A stretch of 64,000 nt of DNA, taken from the human T2T-CHM13v2.0 reference genome, Homo sapiens. The notes below the pieces were generated by a model that worked only from the letters and a program-made list of their open reading frames with translations, was not told the origin of the DNA and made no database searches. Made by a program: the position numbers and the translations under genes. Position 1 is the stretch's first letter. Each line of letters opens with the position of its first letter. Shown one piece after another: positions 57,461 to 64,000 of this stretch. The stretch lies in NCBI RefSeq assembly GCF_009914755.1, contig NC_060930.1. One strand, given 5' to 3'.

Positions 57461-58999
57461 AATATCAGCAGCAAAGGGCCTATTTCTAACAATGCTCATC
57501 ACCTGAAAGTTTATTATTACCTCAAATTCTGTGGTAACCAAAAAACAACCTCATACTACCAAAGTTTAAACTTTTAAAACTACAAAGTCTTCAGTATTAA
57601 GTGTTTTCTATGTGGCTTTAGAAGAAAACATATGTAATACTTCCTAATTCTAAGGCTAGCAAGTTTAGCTCTTTTTATTCAAACAATCTGATGGAAAGAG
57701 TTTGAATAAACCATTCTACCCTATTCCCACTCCCTTCCAGTCGCCAACATGCAGCCAGCCAGTGCCTTTCTGGAAATATAAATCAGCCGTCCTTCTATCA
57801 GTAGCCCTCAATACAACTAAGATTCCTTCCAAAGCCTCCTCTTTGGCCTAGGAAAAAGACACGCTTCCTGAGCACCTTGTCTGGTCTTGCTCTCCACCTG
57901 CACTTTCCACCTCCTTTCTGCTCCAGCCGCATCAGCACTATTTCAATTCTTCACATTGATCAGGCCAGTCTGTAAACATGCTATTCCCTCCACCTTTCCT
58001 TCTTAGCCTGAGTAGGTAGGTCCTACTCACACTTTAAATCTTAGCTCAAGCTTTACTTCCTCAAATATTCTTTCTCTAATCTCTCCAACTTGGTTGAAGC
58101 TCCTTTTTACAAGCCCTCATAGCAACATGTATCTCTCCTGCACATTTACACACTTAACACTCACGTTTAATTATTTTTTCCCTGCGTTTTAATTCCTGAA
58201 CCTCTTTATTCCCGCTAACTTCCACTCTAACTTCAATCATTCCTTCTTGAAGAAGCAAAAGCTCAAGACCCAGAGTCTAAAGCTGCAACAGACCAAGCCA
58301 CCTGTAATATCGGGCACAGTGAAAATTTAACTGGGCTTTTATTTTACTAGGACTGTAATTTTTGTAGTGTTCTGATTAATGCCTACAAAGTTCCCAAGGT
58401 TTTAAGGGGTTGCTCCAGCTTTATAGTTTGCATAAGTCCTGTTACTTTTAGCGCATTGATTTTGTGGAAAACATGGTTTTCCAGCCACGCATTCAGGACA
58501 TTATTGCAGAAACACCGGTATCTTCCTCCAGAACACACCATCCTGTTCTATCCCCTTTCTAAAGCCTTCACGTCTATACTTCAACATCATGGGAACTCTA
58601 ATTCCTCAAACTCTTTGTGTTTTTTCTCCCTTTTTCCTCTTCCAGGACAGGCTACATGGTAATCACTTAAAGCTCTCAAATATCCTTGATTTCCCTCATA
58701 TGCCCATCATTCTATCATATCCAACCAGCAAAATGACACTCTCAGTATCATAATCTACCTTCCATACTCCCACACTGGACAGTTGACTTCCAATGAATAA
58801 AGTCCAAAATCTTATGAACAGCCACTGCTATGAACTAATGATGTCAACTGAGCACTCTCAATGCTACCAACAATATTTTTAGAAATGTTGTCAGCTTATT
58901 CCCTATCCCTCTCAATGGCTTAGTCCACATTTTCATCATTTACTTTAAACTTTACATCCTCTACTCAAATTCATGAGCAAAGTACCTCACCTCTTATCA

Positions 59000-59332
<333 letters not shown>

Positions 59333-59671
59333 TTAGCTATGGTCATATTCAACTCTCCACTCTTTTATTACAAAGTGATCTATGTCCACGGCAGTCTTCA
59401 CCTCTTCCACTATTATCAAAGAACAGTCTGTACTCTCCTCTCCAAGACCAACCATTCTGGACTCTGGAACCAGTTTCCTCTCTAGAAGCCTCTCTGTCAG
59501 CCTCTCAAGCTTGTATTTCATTATCTTCCTCTCTAATCTCTCCTTCCCCTCAATCTGTAAAGGGACAATGTCCCCAAAATGTACACTTTTCACAAATTCT
59601 ATGCCTCCGTGCTACATATAAATCATTGTCAGTAATGTACCAGAGTTGGTGGTATATAATTTTTTACCTTA

Positions 59672-59953
<282 letters not shown>

Positions 59954-60551
59954 CTAATCAATTTTATTTGTTAAAATGTTAAATTTTGTATACATTTCCT
60001 GGAACACCATACCTTGGACTAATATAATATAGTATTTTCATTTAATTTATGTCGCTTCAGTTTTACCTATACAACCAAATTAAAACAAGATTGACTAAGA
60101 AATGACACAGTGGTCTCTAACACAATACTTTCCAAAGGAATTTTTAAGGATAATTTTGGTTATGTAGGATTTTCATCTTCTATGCTGACATTAGAAGCTA
60201 AACACCAGGTAAAACGTAACTCCACTATCAGCCGTTAAAAATTAGAAGAAAAAAAAAATCCTACCTTAACCTCCATCCTCCTCTAGGAAATGCCTCATCT
60301 CTTCCTTCATCTATATTTCTCAAGGATAATCTCTATTCACTATCCTCTCTACTTGGTCCTTTCATTTACTCTTTCAACCCACTGAAATCTGGTTTTTGCC
60401 CCATCACTCAATTCAAACTGCTCTCCCTAAAGTCACAATGATCTAATTTCCAAACGTAGTGGAAAACTATCTGTGCCTATCCTACTAAACCTATCTGTTG
60501 CAACAGACACTAAATATCACTTCCTCATTTCTAGGGAAGGTGGGGAGGCTG

Positions 60552-60700
60552 TTTGAGACAGTGTCTCATTCTGTTGCCCAGGCTAAAATGCAGTGGCATG
60601 ATCACCGCTGGCTACAGCCTCAACTTCCTGGGTTCAAGCAGTCCTCCCACCTCGACTTCCCCAAGTTTTGGGATTACAGGTGTGAGCCACTGCACCCTCC
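60552..60700 (-). mobile_element. Alu monomer (FRAM/FAM-like)
   Basis: tttgagacagtgtctcattctgttgcccaggct...gggattacaggtgtgagccactgcacc. Confidence 0.85.
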
Positions 60701-60924
60701 CGTGCTCAGCTTCTGTGACACCAATCTCCTTGATGTCTGGGGACCTACCATTTCTTTTGTGCTCCCTCTAGTCTTTCAATGTTGGTGTTCTTCAGGGTCC
60801 CCATCTTTGGCCCACTGCTTTTTCTCACTCTATTCTCCCTCTCTCTTTCAAATACTCTGAGTTTCAACTACCACCTACAAGTGACTCCTAAATCAGTCAC
60901 GACCTAGACCTCTCTCCCAAGCTT

Positions 60925-61510
60925 CAGATCAATTATGGTTAACTGCCAACCCTTCCTAGGAGAAACTGCCTCACACATTGCCCCTACCGAAAGAAGTGAG
61001 ACCCAGACTATCCTTGTACCAGCAGGGTATTTTGTATTTTATAATTACCACCATTCCTACAGCTGATTCAACACAGGTTAGCACCTGACTTGAAGGCCAC
61101 CAATTCACAACATAGTCTGTATTGAAAAGCTCTGCCCAACTAAGAATCATAGCAATTAGCCAGGCCAATCTGTTAAGTCTCTCAGGAATTTGACATAGGA
61201 AGGAAAGGATAAGCCAGTCAGTAGGGAAAAAGAAATAAAACAACCAGAAACTAGTGATTGGAGCTGAGTCATTTTAATAGAATAGAATTAAGTCATGACT
61301 ATTAAGACCAGTTAGAGTCCCCTTAACTCCAAAAGACCTGTTCCTGTTCTTTCTGTAAGGCTTGTTTCTTTGGCTTCTTCTGGTTTCCATGAAGTCAGAT
61401 CACAGGGCTGAGATTCCCATTTTTACTTATCTCCAACTATACTGTAATACAGTCTCCTTCACAATCATTATTTTATTCATGGTTCACTGCAAGAGCCTAA
61501 CAGCTAAAGA
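60925..61510 (+). mobile_element. Old MaLR LTR remnant (MLT1-like) inside L2
   Basis: agcacctgac...ccaggccaatc...ctctcaggaattt motifs and a 3' end resembling ...actgcaagagcctaac. Heavily decayed. Confidence 0.4.
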
Positions 61511-61869
61511 CCCAAACATCATCCTAACAGAGTTGGAAACCCAAACATTTTCTTTGATTTCTCTCACTATCATTCCTCATATCCTCTCAGTATTACTTTT
61601 AAATATCTCACAAATATATCTGCCTTTCTCTGTCCTTACCACTGACCCAGCTGAGGTCAATTCTAACATGGTCTACTGCAATAGTCTTCTAAATGAATTT
61701 ACTATTCCCACTCTTGTAACCTCTTGAATCTATCTTCCAATCAGCTGCGTAATCTGACAAAAATGAAGATATGAGCCAGTCACTTCCCATTTAAAATCCT
61801 TTGATGATTCTCCATCTCCTACAGAATAAGATCTAAACTCAACAAAATATTCCATAGGGCTCCTAACTG

Positions 61870-62173
61870 GGCCAGGTACAGTGGCTCCTGCCTGTAATCC
61901 TAGCACTTTGGGAGGCTAAGGCAGGCAGATGGCTTGAGCTCAGGAATTCGAGACCAGCCTGGGCAACATGGCAAAACCCCCTTCTCTACAAAAAAATACA
62001 AAAAATTAGCTGGGAATGGTGGCACGTGCCTGTAGTTGCAGCTATTCAGGATGCTGAGGTGGGAGGATCACTTGAGCCCAGGAGGCAGAGGTTGCAGTGA
62101 GCCTAGATCGCACCACTGCATTCTAGCCTGGACAATGGAGTCAGACCCTGCCTCAAAAGAGAAAAAAAAAAAA
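61870..62173 (+). mobile_element. AluJ
   Basis: Dimer. TSD ctcctaactg / ctcctaattg. Confidence 0.94.
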
Positions 62174-62566
62174 GCCTCCTAATTGATCTTTTCCCAGATG
62201 CTCCTTGTCACATACTCTAAATGCCAACCCAAAATTGCTTGTAAAACCAGACACATAAAGTAATTCTCTATGTTTTTGCTTTTCCTTCATTTGCAACACC
62301 TAGCCCCTCCCTTTCTCCTATATCCTACTCATCTTTTAAGACTGACCACTAGCCTCGACTCCTCCAAGAAGCTATCCCTGATACCTACACTTCCTTCATT
62401 CTTTCCAATGTCAGCCTGGGTTATACGCTCCTCCTATTTTCCACAGTACTCTCTATAATATTTCCCTTACTACTCTATTTTATGTCCTCTGAGCTCTCTG
62501 AATTCAATGACAGTATCTTCTCCACCTCTGAGTGTCCAGAACCTAGCACAAAGTAAACATTCACTA

Positions 62567-62968
<402 letters not shown>

Positions 62969-63103
62969 TTATTATTGTCTACTGTTCTGCATGATTATTA
63001 GATTTACTTGATTCTTGCAGTTACCAACTGGCATTTTTAAACCTAATTTCCCAAAATCTTGGCAAGTAATTCTTCAATTCCTTCATTTTAAGGAACATTT
63101 TTA

Positions 63104-63424
<321 letters not shown>

Positions 63425-63602
63425 TCACCCCCGTAATGCTTAACAGACATTTGCACTTGTAAGCAAGCATGCTGAAATATCTGTTCAAACTTAAAAAGTG
63501 CAAGAAATTAGATAAGCAATTATATTTAGGAAGTGTTCAAGCGCTAATGACTGGGGGTACAGGTGGGAAAGACAGAGTAAGTATAACAAAAGTTCAACCT
63601 AT

Positions 63603-63890
<288 letters not shown>

Positions 63891-63935
63891 CTATTTGGTT
63901 ATTGTTCATAACATTTCAATTAAAAAGTGAAATTC

Positions 63936-64000
63936 TGGCTGGGCACTGTGGCTCACGCCTGTAATCCCAGCACTTTGGGAGGGCGAGGCGGGCAGATCAC
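63936..64000 (+). mobile_element. Alu 5' end, runs off the window
   Basis: ggctgggcactgtggctcacgcctgtaatcccagcactttggga. Confidence 0.93.

Overview
This is primate (very likely human) genomic DNA from inside the RANBP9 gene (RanBPM, CTLH/GID E3 ligase scaffold), transcribed on the minus strand. Six coding exons (exons 2-7 by my recalled gene structure) splice in frame across canonical GT-AG introns: 54420-54309, 16371-16319, 14815-14648, a 23-nt microexon at 10220-10198, 2267-2083 and 129-17. They encode most of the SPRY/B30.2 domain and the LisH motif. Everything else is intron, including a ~38-kb intron 2 densely filled with repeats. These are ~39 Alu/FLAM/FRAM copies, old L1M stacks almost all antisense to the gene, L2/MIR, several LTRs, DNA transposons (Tigger, Kanga/MER104, MER58, MARNA-like) and a retroposed U7 snRNA pseudogene. 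Nearly all ORFs in the supplied track are Alu/L1 read-through artefacts. I did not find a new biological system. The most interesting observations are a possible re-splicing site at the exon 4/microexon junction, several TSD-flanked insertions of unidentified sequence, a composite Alu-unique-Alu insertion under one TSD, and template-switch-like fold-back hairpins inside old repeats. Exon boundaries were read base by base. Repeat boundaries are approximate, and subfamily names come from recalled consensus sequences, not from a search.
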